From: Zootoca vivipara | Taxonomy: Eukaryota | DNA length: 64,000 nucleotides | Direction of reading: 5' to 3' | Assembly: GCF_963506605.1 (NCBI RefSeq) | Contig: NC_083280.1 | Coordinates: 35,216,001 to 35,280,000 of the forward strand | Shown here: positions 14,599-28,459 of the stretch, piece by piece | How the letters are laid out: every line of letters starts with the position of its first letter | How positions within the stretch are numbered: the stretch's first letter is position 1 | Program-made: the position numbers and the translations under genes | The notes under the pieces: generated by a model | Database searches by the model: none | The model's input: the letters and a program-made list of their open reading frames with translations, nothing else | Told to the model about the DNA's origin: nothing

Positions 14599-15449
14599 AG
14601 TACAAAATGTCTGTAGCTGCTCAATCTGTTTATTTCACATGCAAGGAGGGAATATCACACATTGTGACTAAGTGGCATTTAAGACGTCAAGAAGACTTAG
14701 CTTCTGCGTTTCTTAACTGGCAGCTCTGGCGATGAGGAGTTACCCTGGCATTTTTCTTCTTGTTTCTTTTGCACAAAGGCCCACCTGCCACAAAATGTGG
14801 AATTGGGATTTAATTTAAATGATCTGCTTTTAACGCGGCTTAAAAAACAACCCACAAAATGCTGTGGGAAAGCCTTTGTCACTTCTCACAGTGCTGCATT
14901 GGGGTGGGGTGGAATCTGTGCTGCTGGCATCAGGAGAAGGTTATTATTGGCAGGTCCTGCCCATTCAAAGACGACATGCAGCCTATGTTCTCATGAGAAC
15001 TATAATCAGGCTTCTCCTCGCCCCCTGAAGGCGCCAATCAATACCTGCGTATCTCTTCTCGGTTGCCTGCTGCACAGGGTATTGGCAGCTTCTCTCATAG
15101 AGCACGCTCATTAAGCAGATATGTCTGTCTCCTTGATCAGACTTCCTGTCACGCTGCGTTCTGTGACCTGGCTAATCCCTTGTATTCAGTATTTCCTGTG
15201 AGGGGAATAGGCCTGCAGTATCAGTCAGATGTGCTGGTGCGCTTGAAAGTATATTCACTCAGGTGATCATGGCGAACAACGGAACTGTAGCAATGTCATC
15301 GCTACCATGGGCATCCTTCATGCACGGAGCGTACTCACAGAGAAGGAGGCAGCTCACCTCACCCAGCAAACATCCTTGCTTTGATACAGACATTTGCATA
15401 GAAAGATCCGACATCTGACCAGCTGATCACACACAGGCTTTCTGTTTGC

Positions 15450-15932
15450 AGGCGTCCAATGTACCATGCCCAATTCAAAGTGCCGGTTTAGACCTATAAA
15501 GCCTTAAGTGACTCAGGACTGTGATACTTCAAGGGCCGCCTCTTTCCATATGAACCTTCCCAGACCCTGAGATCATCTTCTGAGGTCCTCCTTCATGTGC
15601 CTCCTCCTCAAGAGGTCCCAAGGGTGGCAACACGAGAACGGGCCTTCTCTGCAGTGGCTTCCCATCTGTGGAACGCTCTCCCCAGGGAAGTTCACCTGAC
15701 GCCTTCATTATACACCTTTAGGCACCAGGAAAAATGATCCTTTTTAACCAGGTCTTTGGTTGATCCGATTGACATCCTATGCCCTTTTAAAATGTGTGTG
15801 TTTTTGAGGGTGCTATTGGGTTGTTTTATTATATCTTGATTTTTAGTTTTTTTAGTTTTATTATATCTTGATTTTATCCTGTGAACCACCCTGAGACCCC
15901 CAGGTATATAAATTCAGTAAATAAAATAAAAT
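15450..15932 (+). mobile_element. L2-clade LINE 3' fragment, different subfamily
   Basis: ACCTATAAAGCCTTAAGTGACTCAGG..GGCCTTCTCTGCAGTGGCTTCCCATCTGTGGAACGCTCTCCC; AT-rich tail. Confidence 0.75.
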
Positions 15933-16100
15933 GAATCATGGATGTCCAGGGGTGGGGCTAATGTCATGTACAAGGTTGGAGGCAGGATCAAACAGCCTTG
16001 CTGTCTGTCCCTTTCTCCACAAGTAGGTTTTGGTGGATGCAGAAAAGCTGAACGGAGCTTTGGTGATGGTGGCAATACTACAGTTCAGTTGATAGCCATG

Positions 16101-16397
16101 CAGTGGCGTAGTAACGGGGGGCGGGGGCGCGCCGCCCCGGGCAGCAGGCTGGGTGGGGGGCAGCAAGCTGGACGGGGCTGACCACCTTTGACGGCCGCCA
16201 CCGCCATGGAGGAGAAGCCTTGACACAAGTGAGACTGCCTCACTCTGCAGCTTGCTTGCGGGGTTTGCCACATCACCGCACCCCATGCCTCCTGTGCGTG
16301 CATGCGCCGTGCGATGCGTGCGACAGACACACACACACACGTCGAGGTGCCTTCGCGTTTGCCATCCCGGGCAGCCAGGCGGCTAGCTATGCCATTG
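16101..16397. mobile_element. GC-rich non-autonomous hAT-type element
   Basis: TIR CAGTGGCGTAG / CTATGCCATTG; TSD TAGCCATG / TAGCCATA. Confidence 0.75.
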
Positions 16398-18379
16398 TAG
16401 CCATAATCACCTGGATAAATCTACTTGAGAGCACACAAGCCCGCACAAGGGATCGTGTGGGCTTATTTTGCGCACAGGAAATGCTCGATACAAGGGATTG
16501 CGGGCAGTGTGTACAGGTTGTAGCTCTGCCACCGCTTGTACATCAAAAGAAAGCAGGGAAATTAGCACTTACCATAACTTATCACAAATCATGATAAACA
16601 CACACACACACTGGAAATTAGTAGCATGTGCCGTCCTAGTTGAACATTACTGCAAACCTTGGGAGCTGTGAAAATGTATTTGGGCCAGTGCTAGACAAAG
16701 GTCTACCTGAAGACCTGCTGAACATTGGAGCGTCAGTCAAACAGACGTCAAAAACAGATGTTGACCTATTATGATAATGTAGGCTTCAGTTACCTACGTG
16801 TTTGGTATGAATATTAACTTTAAAGGGTTGTAATCAGTGAGGTCACTCAGCTGGCACCTGCCAATAAGCCTTCAAGCAGCAGAACGAGGAGAGAAGCCAT
16901 TTTCAGTGATTCCTCCTCTCACTTGCACCCCACCCCACCCGTTTCTCCTATACTTGCTCTGAAGGGTTTCCCAATCCTCTGGAGCAGATTTAGGAATGTG
17001 GGAGGCTTAGGGTGGAGGAAGGAAGAATCATGGGCAATTACATCCTTGCCATCAGCAGAGTGGTACCATTGGAGACAACCAAATATGTCTACATCAATGT
17101 CTTTCAACCAGGACTCCATGGAACCCGTGGGTTTTGTGAACTCCCCCCTCCCCCCTCCAGGATTCCATGAAGCTTTGTAATGATGAAATACACTTCTTAC
17201 TACCAATATTCCTTATGATTTTTACTTTGTATATGTTCGAGGGGGGGCATTTTATAATTGTTAAATAAACAACAGGGGGCGACAGTAAGAGGAGGCTGGG
17301 GTTCTGCAGGATGTCGCAACAGGATACAGTGGTTCTTCAACTAAGGAAAGAGTTGACTATCACTGGTCTAGATAATCCAGATACTGTAGCCACAGGCTGG
17401 CCACCACAGTAGTTCGCCTCTAGAAATACAAAAACTTTGCAGCCCCTTTTCAAGACAAGAAGTCTGGGTTTACTGGATCATGGGTGGAGTAGAGTTGTGG
17501 CGGTGCTTTTCTTCTAGAAAATAGGTGTCGGTGCTGTGTACCCTTGAGTATACGCAGAAAAAAAGCACCAGGTTGTGGTCATTGACCTAGTCTACAAGTA
17601 TTCAGTAGCCTGTGACAACAGGCCCCATGCTTACAGGCTTTGTGCACATGACTCTGCGGGGTTTTCTATCACCTATACAAGCCTATACATGGCAGCTTTT
17701 GCCCTTGTGAGAGGTCAGTCACATCAGTCAGAAGTGAGAATGGAATTGGAATTAGAGACTATATGCTATATTCTTCCCATCAGCCATTGTAAGCCTACAC
17801 ATTGCCTCTTGTAAATCAGCCTTAATGCCACTTCCCAACAATTTAGTTCTAGTGCAGGCTTGACTGTGACATAGCCTGGTACTGCACATGCTGCTGCTTT
17901 CTCTAATAGCACTGTGTGCTACTATGTTTTGCCAGTCTCTCTGAACATGCACGTGTCTATCACACTCATGCTTTGTTTGTGCGCTTCACATAGGCTTTGG
18001 GTCGGCCACTGTGGGAGTAGAAGGCTGCACTAGATAGGCATTTGGTAGGATGCGGCAGGACTTCTCACACATTCGTCTCATGTGCTGCATCTCATTTTCC
18101 TTTCCAACCTAGAGAAGAACTCCTTAGGGAAACGATTCATAATACAACCCAGTGTTACTATATTACTAAAAATCACCTAACAAGGTAATTACAAATAGGA
18201 GCAACAACACCACTACAAGCTCTCTTCCTAATAGATCGTTAGCATGTCCAGAGCAGAGCCCCATCATGAGTGTGGGTAAGGAAGCTGTCTTTCGTGACCA
18301 GTTGTTTCTTGTTCAATTCCCTGGATTGGGAAATTGCTCAGTAATTTTGCTCGTCATAATTCGGTGTAATGGTCTAAAC

Positions 18380-18539
18380 CAGTGATTCCCAATTAACTAA
18401 GTACTGTGGACCCCCATGGACCTCCTACTTTGCAAAATTTTGATATCTCTATCTTTTGTTATGTGAATGGTGCCGTGGACCCTCTGGGTGGGTTACACAA
18501 AGCCCCTGGGGTTTGGAGACCACCAGTTGAGAACTACTG
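18380..18539. mobile_element. hAT-Charlie-like MITE
   Basis: CAGTGATTCCCAA / TTGAGAACTACTG termini; TSD GTCTAAAC. Confidence 0.85.
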
Positions 18540-18706
18540 GTCTAAACACTAGGAATAAAATGAGGCGGGGTTTGTTCCATATTCCTCAAACTATTATGTG
18601 TACCCTAAGTTATGAAAGCAATTTTTGGCCGAATCTTTCCCTCTTGTCTCCCCAGCCTGAGACTCTGAAAGAGCTTGTCACATTGGACCTTCCCATAATC
18701 ACAATA

Positions 18707-18903
18707 CAGTCATACCTCATGTTGTGTCTGCTGCGGGTTGTGTTTTTTCATGATACGAACACAGCGGACCCGGAAGTATTTACTTCCAGGTTTCACCATG
18801 CATGCATGCGCAGAAGCGCTCTATTGGCCGCTCGGGTTGCAGACTTTTCGGGGTGCGAACGGCACCCCGGAACGGATCGGGTCCGCAACTCAAGGTACCA
18901 CTG
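18707..18903. mobile_element. Tc1/mariner (Tigger/pogo-like) MITE
   Basis: TA-CAGTCATACCTC ... AAGGTACCACTG-TA. Confidence 0.8.
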
Positions 18904-20432
18904 TAACTCTTGAGGTCCAAAACATTGTGGGTAATTAATTGGAAGGAAGCATTACCTGAAAACAGCAGGTGGCTCGCTGCCTACACGTATTTCTAATATT
19001 AGTTTAGCACCAGCGTGTTTGTAAACTGCAAACAAATTCTGGTTAGATAAAAAAACAGAGCAAACACCAACTGCTCACATACTCAGAGCCATCAGATAAT
19101 ATTTATTTGTTATTTCAGATGTATTCATTAGTGAAAGGTATCATTTTACTACACAAAGGAATTAAGCCCATCGACTGCAACTACATGGAGGGATCCCCCA
19201 AAGGACACAACAGAGTTCTGTTTTCCCATTCTTGGTGTATATATTCACAGATAAAACCCCAGATCATTCCTGGGAATGGAAGGCCTGTGCAGACCACCTA
19301 TACCTCATGCCTATTTAGCTTGCCTCTTCTAGCTTGGCCACAGAGAATGGGAGAGACATAGGATTCCTTTGTGGCCTGATTTTCTGAGTGGGCTTGCCAG
19401 GACAGGAGGGGGTACTTGATCAAGCCCAAATTAAATAGCACCTCTACCAAATGGTTATGTCTGGAGCTCTTTTGGAAATACAATTGATTGACTTTGGAAA
19501 TACAATAGATTGACTTAATTGGGACTAGCCTGTTTGTTTATGGTAGGGCAACACTGTATTTGCATATTGCTGTATTTTTGGCTTCCACTGCTTACAGACT
19601 TAAAGCAAATGTAATTTTCTAATAAATATTAATATGCATTTTAAAGAATATCTTTATTCTAGGTTTCTTTTTTTCCCAATGTGAAGCTCATCTTCTTTTC
19701 ATCACAGTGTGCTTATGATCTGAGCCAGCTCTGGTTGTTTTAATAATCATTTTTTACGATTCCTCAAGGCATACTGAACAGCAGAGATATGTCACTAGAG
19801 TCCTATATTAATACGCTTCCATAGTAATGATTAATTTAACGTCATGGAGATTATAAGAATTAAAAACACATAATCAATCATAAGAGGTTTATTGCACTGG
19901 TTGATATATACAATCTATTAACCGGTCTTTTTGTTTTAATTGGATATTATTTGCTAATGTTTCTTGAAGGCATTCTTAATGGGTACAGTCAAAACCTCAG
20001 GAAGTCAAGTTGGAAATTTAGCATACATGTTTCCTACATTTTACTAGGCCCTAAAAACCCACAACACAAACACAATTTTTAGGTCATAAAAGATGAGCTT
20101 GTTTGTTCAAAAATGATGCTAGAATTGGCTTTTAGTCTGGATTATACCAGAAAAAGCAGAACATTGGTGTACAATTGAGATTGTGCATTCCAGAAATTTA
20201 GGAATTGTATTCAGTCTTATATTCATCGTAGCTGCCTGGAAAACATTCCTGTTGGACTCCTGGGTTTCCATCAGTTCTGGAGTTGACATTTCAAACAGAA
20301 ATGGTGCTAATTGACAATAAAACTGTCTGCTTCCTCCTGGTGAGAGCAATGAAGTAGGTTAAACCAGGAGCTTATATAGGTGCTGGAGACTCTGCCCCTT
20401 CCTGTCTCTAATTCAAGCAGATGTCTCCATAT

Positions 20433-20567
20433 CAGGCATCCCCAAACGCAGCCCTCCAGATGTTTTGGCCTACAACTCCCATGATCCCTAGCTAACAGGA
20501 CCAGTGGTCAGGGATGATGGGAATTGCAGTCCAAAACATCTGGAGGGCCGAAGTTTGGGGATGCCTG
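20433..20567. mobile_element. hAT MITE, CTACAACTCCC hairpin family
   Basis: TIR CAGGCATCCCCAAAC; perfect TSD CTCCATAT. Confidence 0.9.
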
Positions 20568-21779
20568 CTCCATATCCTTCCAGCAGCGCCATGGACCACT
20601 GACTGAGCATTTCAACAATGGCTCTGAAGCTCCTGCCTGGGTCGCCATCTCCTCTGCTCCTGTGAACCTGGATGAGATGGGGGGGGGGCTTTGAGCCCAC
20701 CAGGAACCTGTTGTGGTGACATTCAGCTCTGCATGGGGGTGTCCAGATTTAGTGACTCTTAGGATCATTGATTGTGTTGAGATCTGCTGGAGAGTCCTGA
20801 TTACCTTGCTGCTCACCTGAGATGGTCTGGGCAGGGCTGAACCCTAACAAAAACTATGTGAAATCATAACCTTTGAGTGGGGGTCTGCATACCAGTGGTC
20901 ACTCACAATAGGTTTATCTACTAAACCTTAGGAATGTAGCAAAAGCAATATTTGTTTGTTGTGTTGTGTCTAGAGGATGAGGAAAGGGGAATGATCATAT
21001 AACGTGGGTGAGTGTGCTTTTAAGTGGTGATTTTTTTTAGTAAAAGAATTAAAATCCTGAAAGGCACTGAAATGATTTCTAATACAAACAGGATCAGCAA
21101 TAGCTTTTAAAGGATTGCTAAAGGACCGAAATGTGATTTAAAGTGTAATAGATATTGATTTCTATATTAGTGTTTCTGCTCCTTGTATTGCATATCTGCT
21201 GCCATTTGCTAAAACAAGAATGACATTTTTCATGGTATTGACTCTAAAGTGAGCTGAATTGCAGTAGTCCTCTACTCTGCTTTAGATATTGAAAATAATT
21301 TTATGCAAACAATAATGCTTAAGATTCATAAGGCTGCATTCTTTGGGCTTTCGAATGATATACCAAGTATTCAAGAAATGTAGACAAAAAGACTGCGAGA
21401 GGCCTAATGAGCTATATCTTTGAGGGTATGAATTTCCCAGAAACAATATTAGCAAGTACATGTATTCCTTAACAATAATGGAAGTTACTGAAGCGGTCAT
21501 CGCAGGATGACACTAGGAATGGCAGTGAGATTCAGATTTAATGCAAAACTACCCAATTTACACTTCCCAAAACAATATGCCAACACAAAAAAACAGCTAT
21601 CCTTTGAAATCTGCACTTCTCTAAATTTTGTGATGCAGAAATCTTAACAAAAAAATGGGTATCTTACGGGAAAGTGTGCATAAAAATGTATATATATGTG
21701 AAAATGGCGTGCACAAATGCATTTTATTAGGGAAGACTGTTTGCAAAAATGTGTATAGGCGCTCCAAACAGGGTGGGAC

Positions 21780-22320
21780 CATACCTGCCAAGTCTCCCAC
21801 TGAAAAATGCGGGATCAGCAGCGGCGCGGCACCGAAAGTTGCGTAGAAGCAACTTCCGGGGCTGCTCTGCCCATGTGTGGGACCTGAAATAGGGCAGAGC
21901 GGCACCGGAAGTCGCTTCTACGCATGCCCGACGGCCATCTTGGTGGTGGCCGCATGGCGGTGGCCATCTTGGTCTCCGCTGACGCCCCTCGCCGCTCCGC
22001 CTCCGCCTGAGTAGGAAGAAGCACAAAGTGCGCGGCAAGCCGATCCATTGTGCGCTTTGTGCTTCTTTCTACTCAGGCGGAGGCGGAGTGGCGAGGGGCG
22101 TCAGCGGCCGCCGCTGATGCTGCTCTCTCGCCCACCCCTTGCCTGCGCCCCACCAGGAAGAAGCAAGGGGCAAGGCCAGCAACATCAGGGCCTCCGTGAT
22201 GGCAGTCGCACCACCGCCACGGTAGCAGCAGCCATCAGTGGAGATGGCAAGGGGGGGCGCGCTGCCCCCCGCAGAGTGGAGTCCAGGGTGCCCCACCCAC
22301 CCCCCTATTGCAACGCCCTT
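21780..22320. mobile_element. Composite GC-rich DNA-transposon-derived segment with internal hairpin
   Basis: Starts CATACCTGCCAAG (compare TIR at 40386), repeated GCGGCACCG..AAGT..C..AG units, inverted repeat at 21976-22107, a different TIR-like right end. Confidence 0.55.
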
Positions 22321-23484
22321 GGGTTCAACAGTAGTGATATGCAATTCCCATGCTTCAATTAATGCTCTGCTGCTATCTCAGCTGCCATTGTTCACTTGAT
22401 TCCAGCTGACCCTCACCCTGCCCTATCCCCATCTCCTCCTTACCATTACAATTGTAAAATTAGCCTGTTACTGTATATATTCTGATAAACAAATTGATAG
22501 GTCATATAATCCACAGTCTCTTGTCCTTTAGCCATGGACTCAGCCATTAAACCCAGATGCACTCTGCTTTTCTGTGGCTGTGCATATTAAAGATGTCTAT
22601 GTTTCCAAAGAGCTTTATTGAAGCTCAATGTCCCCCCAAATGGCCTTGCGTTTTCATGCCAGAAGCTGTTATTTTTGAGCATGCCTGTGGGGTTAAAGGG
22701 GAGGGAATTAGAAGTTTGAGACAGTGTTTGTTTAAATTCCTGATGAATTATACAAAGTCTGCATGTTTATCAGAAGACTTGTCATTTTGGTAAGACAGAA
22801 TGATGGGAACAAACACATTTAGTGAAGAATCCCACGTCAAAAGGAATGCAATTAATCTTCACTAAACCATTCTCTCATGTGTTTTTACCAGAATGAGACA
22901 AACACGCTGTATAGGCCTTTAACAATTCTAGAGACAAGGACAGTGCTAGGAATCCAAGATAACTTTTCCTTATCAGAAGGCTTTTCAAGTAGCTGTAGAT
23001 TATTTTGCGCCATGCCATGCAGTTAAATGTCAAAGGATACATTTAGACAAAAGGTAACTGATACAGAAACAATTATTGGGGTCGTTTGAAATGAGTCTGC
23101 ATTTCTACTTTAATTTAGGTCACATAAATAGTTCTGCCTTCCCCTTCATACTTGTCTGCTTAAGCTAAATGTGTGTAGCCTTATAAAAACCAAAGCAATA
23201 GCAAAGCCAATCTGTTGAGCCATGTATTGTGTATGTTGTCCAGGTTATCGGTAAATTTCGAAACAAATGATACATTCCAATAATTTGTTCTTCCAGATTT
23301 ATAATGCTGGTGAAGTTTACAAAGAGATAACTTCCCCTGCTACTGCTTTCATGTTCAAACAGTAAAAACGGGGGGAATTTTTATTTGCATTATTCAAATT
23401 TAAATATCAAAACAGGGGACTGTTTAGTAGTCCTCAAAACTGACTTGAGAACCCAGGAGAATATGCACACTGTAATCCGAAGTT

Positions 23485-23864
23485 GGGATGCGGGTGGCGC
23501 TGTGGTCTAAACCACTGAGGCTAGGGCTCGCCGATCGGAAGGTCGGCAGTTCGAATCCCCGCGACAGGGTGAGCTCCCGTTGCTCTGTCCCAGCTCTTGC
23601 CAACCTAGCAGTTCTAAAGCACGCCAAAAAGTGCAAGTAGATTAATAGGTACTGCTCCGGTGGGAAGGTAAACAGCGTTTCCGTGCACTGCCCTGGTTTC
23701 GGTGTTCTGTTGCACCAGAAGCGGCTTAGTCATGCTGGCCACATGACCCAGAAAAACTGTCTGCGGACAAACACTGGCTCCCTTGGTCTGTAAAGCGAGA
23801 TGAGCACCGCAACCCCAGAGTGGTCTGCAACTGGACTTAACTGTCAGAGGTCCTTTGCCTTTTT
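23485..23864 (+). mobile_element. Sauria SINE
   Basis: GGGATGCGGGTGGCGCTGTGGTCTAAACC..GTTCGAATCCC head, Sauria core, CCTTT-type tail. Confidence 0.9.
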
Positions 23865-25006
23865 AATGTTCTATTAGGGGGTTAATATCAGGGCTGGTCA
23901 ACTGAGGGAAGGAGAAGTGACCGCTTCAGGTGGCAGGATCCATAGGGGCAGCATTTCTGACCTCCAAGGAATGCATTGCCTACTGCTGCTGCCACGGTGG
24001 CAGCAACAGCTGTGGCACACTCCTTGGAAGCCTGATGCGCCACCTCCTCAGCAGCCCTCGCCCAATGCCACATCCACAGCTCTGCTGGTCTCCTCCCACC
24101 CCAGGGAGGACATGGTCGTGCACCCACCCACAGGATTCAGAGTGGGCCACTTTCCCCCCTGCAACAGGCTTTGCTTCCCACTTCAGCCACCAGGTAAGGT
24201 TGATTGGATCCCCTCCTTGTTCCCGAATCTAGATCTTCACATACCCCTTCTTCCCTGTTGGGGGGGGGGGAGCCAATTTGTGGTTTTGTGCCACTTCCAG
24301 TGCTCAGGTGAGCAATCACTTTGGGTTAGCAGTGCAGCCAGGAACTAACGCAACCGAACAGCAGCAGCTCCTGTGATAAGGAGAGCTCCAAACTGGGCCT
24401 AATAAATCAAGAAAATTGCTGCTGCCATACATCAATTCCCAGGTTATATATTACATGACTCACACAAGTGGGCCTCTTGCATGAACTTCATGAAAAAGAA
24501 AATGAGGAGGGGGATATAAGATGTGAATTGGCTGGTAGGACCAGTTCACGTTATCAGAAACTGCCTGGCTTTCATTTTGGGTAGAGTTTCCTGATTCAAG
24601 CATCTTTACAACAACTCAAAGTTGATGGGCATTGCCATTCAAAGAGCGTGTGCCCGTCACATCTTGTGATAGATTAAGTGGGCTGCAGGGCCAATGTATT
24701 GCTCTGTTTTTCCTTTGTCCTTGAGGCTAAGAGGAGAGACCTCTTGTCTGGGCAGCCAGGACCTCCATACACACTGTCCATGCTTGTGCGAGGAGGTCAC
24801 TTTGGTGCTGCCAATGCAACAGTTTGACTTCACCCCTGGAGTTTGACTTCACCTCTGGAGGTGCACTCCATTGTTTCTGGTGACATTAAGCCAACATGCT
24901 TAATGAGATGCAGGCCTGGACTATTCAAGGAATAGCCTTGTTGTGGTGTGTGTTTGTGCATGGTGGGTGCATTTTCTGTGTATTTTGCTCCTTTCACTTT
25001 TCCCTA

Positions 25007-25075
25007 TGTTATTTAGTTGTTTAGTCGTGTCCGACTCTTCGTGACCCCATGGACCATAGCACGCCAGGCACTCCT
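25007..25075 (-). mobile_element. BovB 3' tail fragment
   Basis: TTTAGTCGTGTCCGACTCTTCGTGACCCCATGGACC..GCCAGGCACTCCTG. Confidence 0.8.
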
Positions 25076-25078
<3 letters not shown>

Positions 25079-25138
<60 letters not shown>

Positions 25139-25146
25139 GATAGATA
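25079..25146. repeat. (AGAT)n microsatellite
   Basis: Direct reading. Confidence 0.95.
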
Positions 25147-26082
25147 TGTATATGTATGTATATGTATATAATGTACCAGAAAAGCAAAGGAGCCGACTGA
25201 GCTATTTTAATAAAATCAAACTCTCATTGCTGCAATAAATAATGAATGTCACAGTGGGGCTCATCAGCTACAGCTGTAGCTCTGTTTTCCGTTTCATTTT
25301 CTCTATTGATGTAGTATTGATGCTAATGCTATTTCCCGTTTACGGATCATGCCTGTGCTGTTTTGGTAATCGGCAATTAGCAAAGTGTGCTGCGTGTTCT
25401 CTGACTGCAACACGAATCACGTCCCTTTAATCTCCAGGGTGTAGCGACGGAATTATTGCTACTTCTAATGTGAATCATTGTTCCATTTAAAATGAAAAGG
25501 AGCTACAGAGGGAACAATTGGTGTCGGGGCAAAACACTGATAAGTTCATTCCAAATGAATACTACTCACCCAACCTGGTTTGCTCTAGAGAGAAACTGTA
25601 GATAAAGGGCAAAATATAATCCCCGTTATCAAATGGTAATTATATTCACAAGTACCTGCCTGTTCTCGTTGTCAGCAATTACAGGACAATGCATAATATA
25701 GTAGAAGCAATATCACAGTCTCTAAAGGCACAAGAAATTTAACCTCCTCTTTCTTTGGGTGGAGATACAGGTGGTGATGTTATGCAACCTTTCTCTAGCT
25801 ACAAAACCTGACTGGACATCCACACTATTGATGGGGATATTAGGTCCCTTTGGAAGCAGGTAGAACATCAGGACACTGGTCCTCAAACTTTTTGCCCCAT
25901 GGACCACTTAAAAATTGCTCAGGATCTCAATGGACCACAATATTTTTTCTGTATGTTGTAGCCATTTTAAAGCACTATGTAGATGCTGCATGATTTTTAA
26001 TTGCGTGTTTACAGGCATGCTGTGGACCACCTGGATAAAATTTGTAGACCATCTGTGGTCTCCTGCATTAGGAGTAACAATA

Positions 26083-26437
26083 AAGGTAAAGGTAAAGGGA
26101 CCCCTGACCATTAGGTCCAGTCGTGACCGACTCTGGGGTTGCGCGCTCATCTCGCATTATTGACCGAGGGAGCCGACGTATAGCTTCCAGGTCATGTGGC
26201 CAGCATGACAAAGCCGCTTCTGGCAAACCAGAGCAGCACATGGAAACGCCGTTTACCTTCCCGCTGTAGCGGTTCCTATTTATCTACTTGCATTTTGACA
26301 TGCTTTCGAACTGCTAGGTTGGCAGGAGCTGGGACCAAGCAACGGGAGCTCACCCCGTCACAGGGATTCGAACCGCCGACCTTCTAATCAGCAAGCCCTA
26401 GGCTCAGTGGTTTAACCACAGCGCCACCTGGGTCCCT
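26083..26437 (-). mobile_element. Sauria SINE, tandem copy 1
   Basis: Full length with (ACCTTT)n tail; flanked by TAGGAGTAACAATA. Confidence 0.92.
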
Positions 26438-26451
26438 TAGGAGTAACAATA

Positions 26452-26802
26452 GTAAAGGTAAAGGAACCCCTGACCATTAGGTCCAGTCGTGACCGACTCT
26501 GGGGTTGCACGCTCATCTCGCATTATTGGTCGAGGGAGCCGGCGTATAGCTTCCAGGTCATGTGGCCAGCATGACAAAGCAGCTTCTGGCAAACCAGAGC
26601 AGCACATGGAAACGCCGTTTACCTTCCCGCTATAGCGGTTCCTATTTATCTACTTGCATTTTGACGTGCTTTCGAACTGCTAGGTTGGCAGGAGCTGGGA
26701 CCAAGCAACGGGAGCTCACCCCGTCACAGGGATTCGAACCACCGACCTTCTGATCAGCAAGCCCTAGGCTCAGTGGTTTAACCACAGCACCACCTGGGTC
26801 CC
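26452..26802 (-). mobile_element. Sauria SINE, tandem copy 2
   Basis: About 97% identical to copy 1; flanked by the same 14-mer. Confidence 0.92.
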
Positions 26803-27295
26803 TAGGAGTAACAATATTAGGTGATAAAACCTGAGGAATTAATACAGTTGGGCTGAGCAGCCAATTCTATCCAGGTTTGGCTTCAATGATCCTTAGATAT
26901 AGGTCAACTCCATCCCATTCTGTCCTGTTGCTTCCAGTGCTGGACCATTCCATCTCACTGTATGCACATGAAGCATAGCAAAGAATGTGTGATGTGGATG
27001 GAAAAGAACAGATCTACTGTTAACCATTATAAGAACATAAAAACTGGCCCTGTAGAATCAAATATAGATTTGCAGTAGCCCCTGGTGTTTCATTCCATCA
27101 GCTGGTGACGAATCATTATTAATAGTGACCTCCCCTTCTGTAATGCCCTCTGAGAGTCCTGTACATAGGTGGGGGAGAAATATAAATGCACTGAAAGTGC
27201 TGACTAGTGTGGCCTTCCCTCCCCTTATAATGACAGGGCACACCAAAGAGAAACAATCTGCCTCCAGACCCAAGCCCTTTCATCCAGATGTACAA

Positions 27296-27614
27296 GGACC
27301 ACATCTACACCATATATTTAAAGTACTTCCTCCAGAGAATTCCTGGGAACTGTAATTTCTTAGAGTACTGAGAGTTGTTAGGAGATTCCTATTCCATTCA
27401 CAGAGCTACTGTTCTCATATTTCCCTGGGAAGAGGGGTTGGTTCTTAAACCATTCTGGGAATTGTACCTTTATGAGAGGAATAGGGGTCCCCTAATAACG
27501 CTCAGCATGCTTCACAAACTACAGCTCCCAGGATTTTTTGACCGGGGGGGGGGGGAGTCATAACTGCTAAAGTGGTATAATAGTGCTTTAAATGTTCGGT
27601 TTGGATGTGACCCA
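27296..27614. mobile_element. Degenerate palindromic non-autonomous DNA transposon
   Basis: CACATCTACACCATATTTAAAGTACT vs AGTGCTTTAAATGTTCGGTTTGGATGTG, and CCTGGGAACTGTA vs TACAGCTCCCAGG inverted pairs. Confidence 0.6.
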
Positions 27615-28459
27615 GACTAGCACCAGCGATGGGACTTTTGATTCTAGCAGGCAGAAGCAACATTATCCTGCCTTGTCTCCTGGGCTGCCCGGCTCATTAC
27701 ACAACAAGAGCAAGGGAGATGACAAGTATGTGAAAGGAGGGGCTTCAGTGTGAACATGCCCTGCTGAAATATGGCAGTCCCAATTTAAACTAGGCACGTG
27801 GAAGCTAAATTGGGCCTTGCAGCTCACCTGCACCACTGTCATGCTCTTCTTGGTAATATCATTACCCTCAAACGAAAACATCGCCTACCGGTAATTGTGA
27901 GAAAGAGGGTTTAGAAATTCAAAGCAGGGCTCCCGTGGACACTAAGAAGGACTTTCCTTAAAAGTAAATGGTGTTGTTTCCTGTAAGTGGTTCTTGGATC
28001 TGAATACTTCTCCTCTCTTCATCACATTGTGAGTTTCCATGCTCCCCTTGGGAGCACCTGAGGGGGCAGGGAATCTCACAGTGCAGCTATGTTGCATTGT
28101 GTTACCAAGGGACAAAGTGGAGGCTGCTAAGTTGAGGTGCTTGTTGTAAGGATGGGGTTGAAAGGGCCAAAAAAAATTTTTTTTAAGAATGCCCAGATTT
28201 CAGTTGAGAAAGAAGCTTGATTCTCCAACACTGTACTGTTCCAACATGCCACCTCAACCTTGGGGTGTACTAAGAGTAATGCACAATTGTCCTATGGACT
28301 CAGCTAAATTGGTAAAGAAAAAGTGTTGTATATGCGTTGTATACGCATTATAACACTGTGGCACCAGATGGCACTGTGGAGTTCTGTTTTGGCCAACACA
28401 ATTTCTCATACACAGTTTACAACACATTTAACTGAAATGCTTCTTTGGTGTGTCTAGAT

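Noticed and set aside
15240-15420. Possible exon (GDHGEQRNCSNVIATMG..)
   Set aside because: Weak acceptor, no recognisable homology, no consistent donor.
23297-23365. Possible exon after a good TTCTTCCAG acceptor
   Set aside because: Stops in all three frames before any convincing donor.
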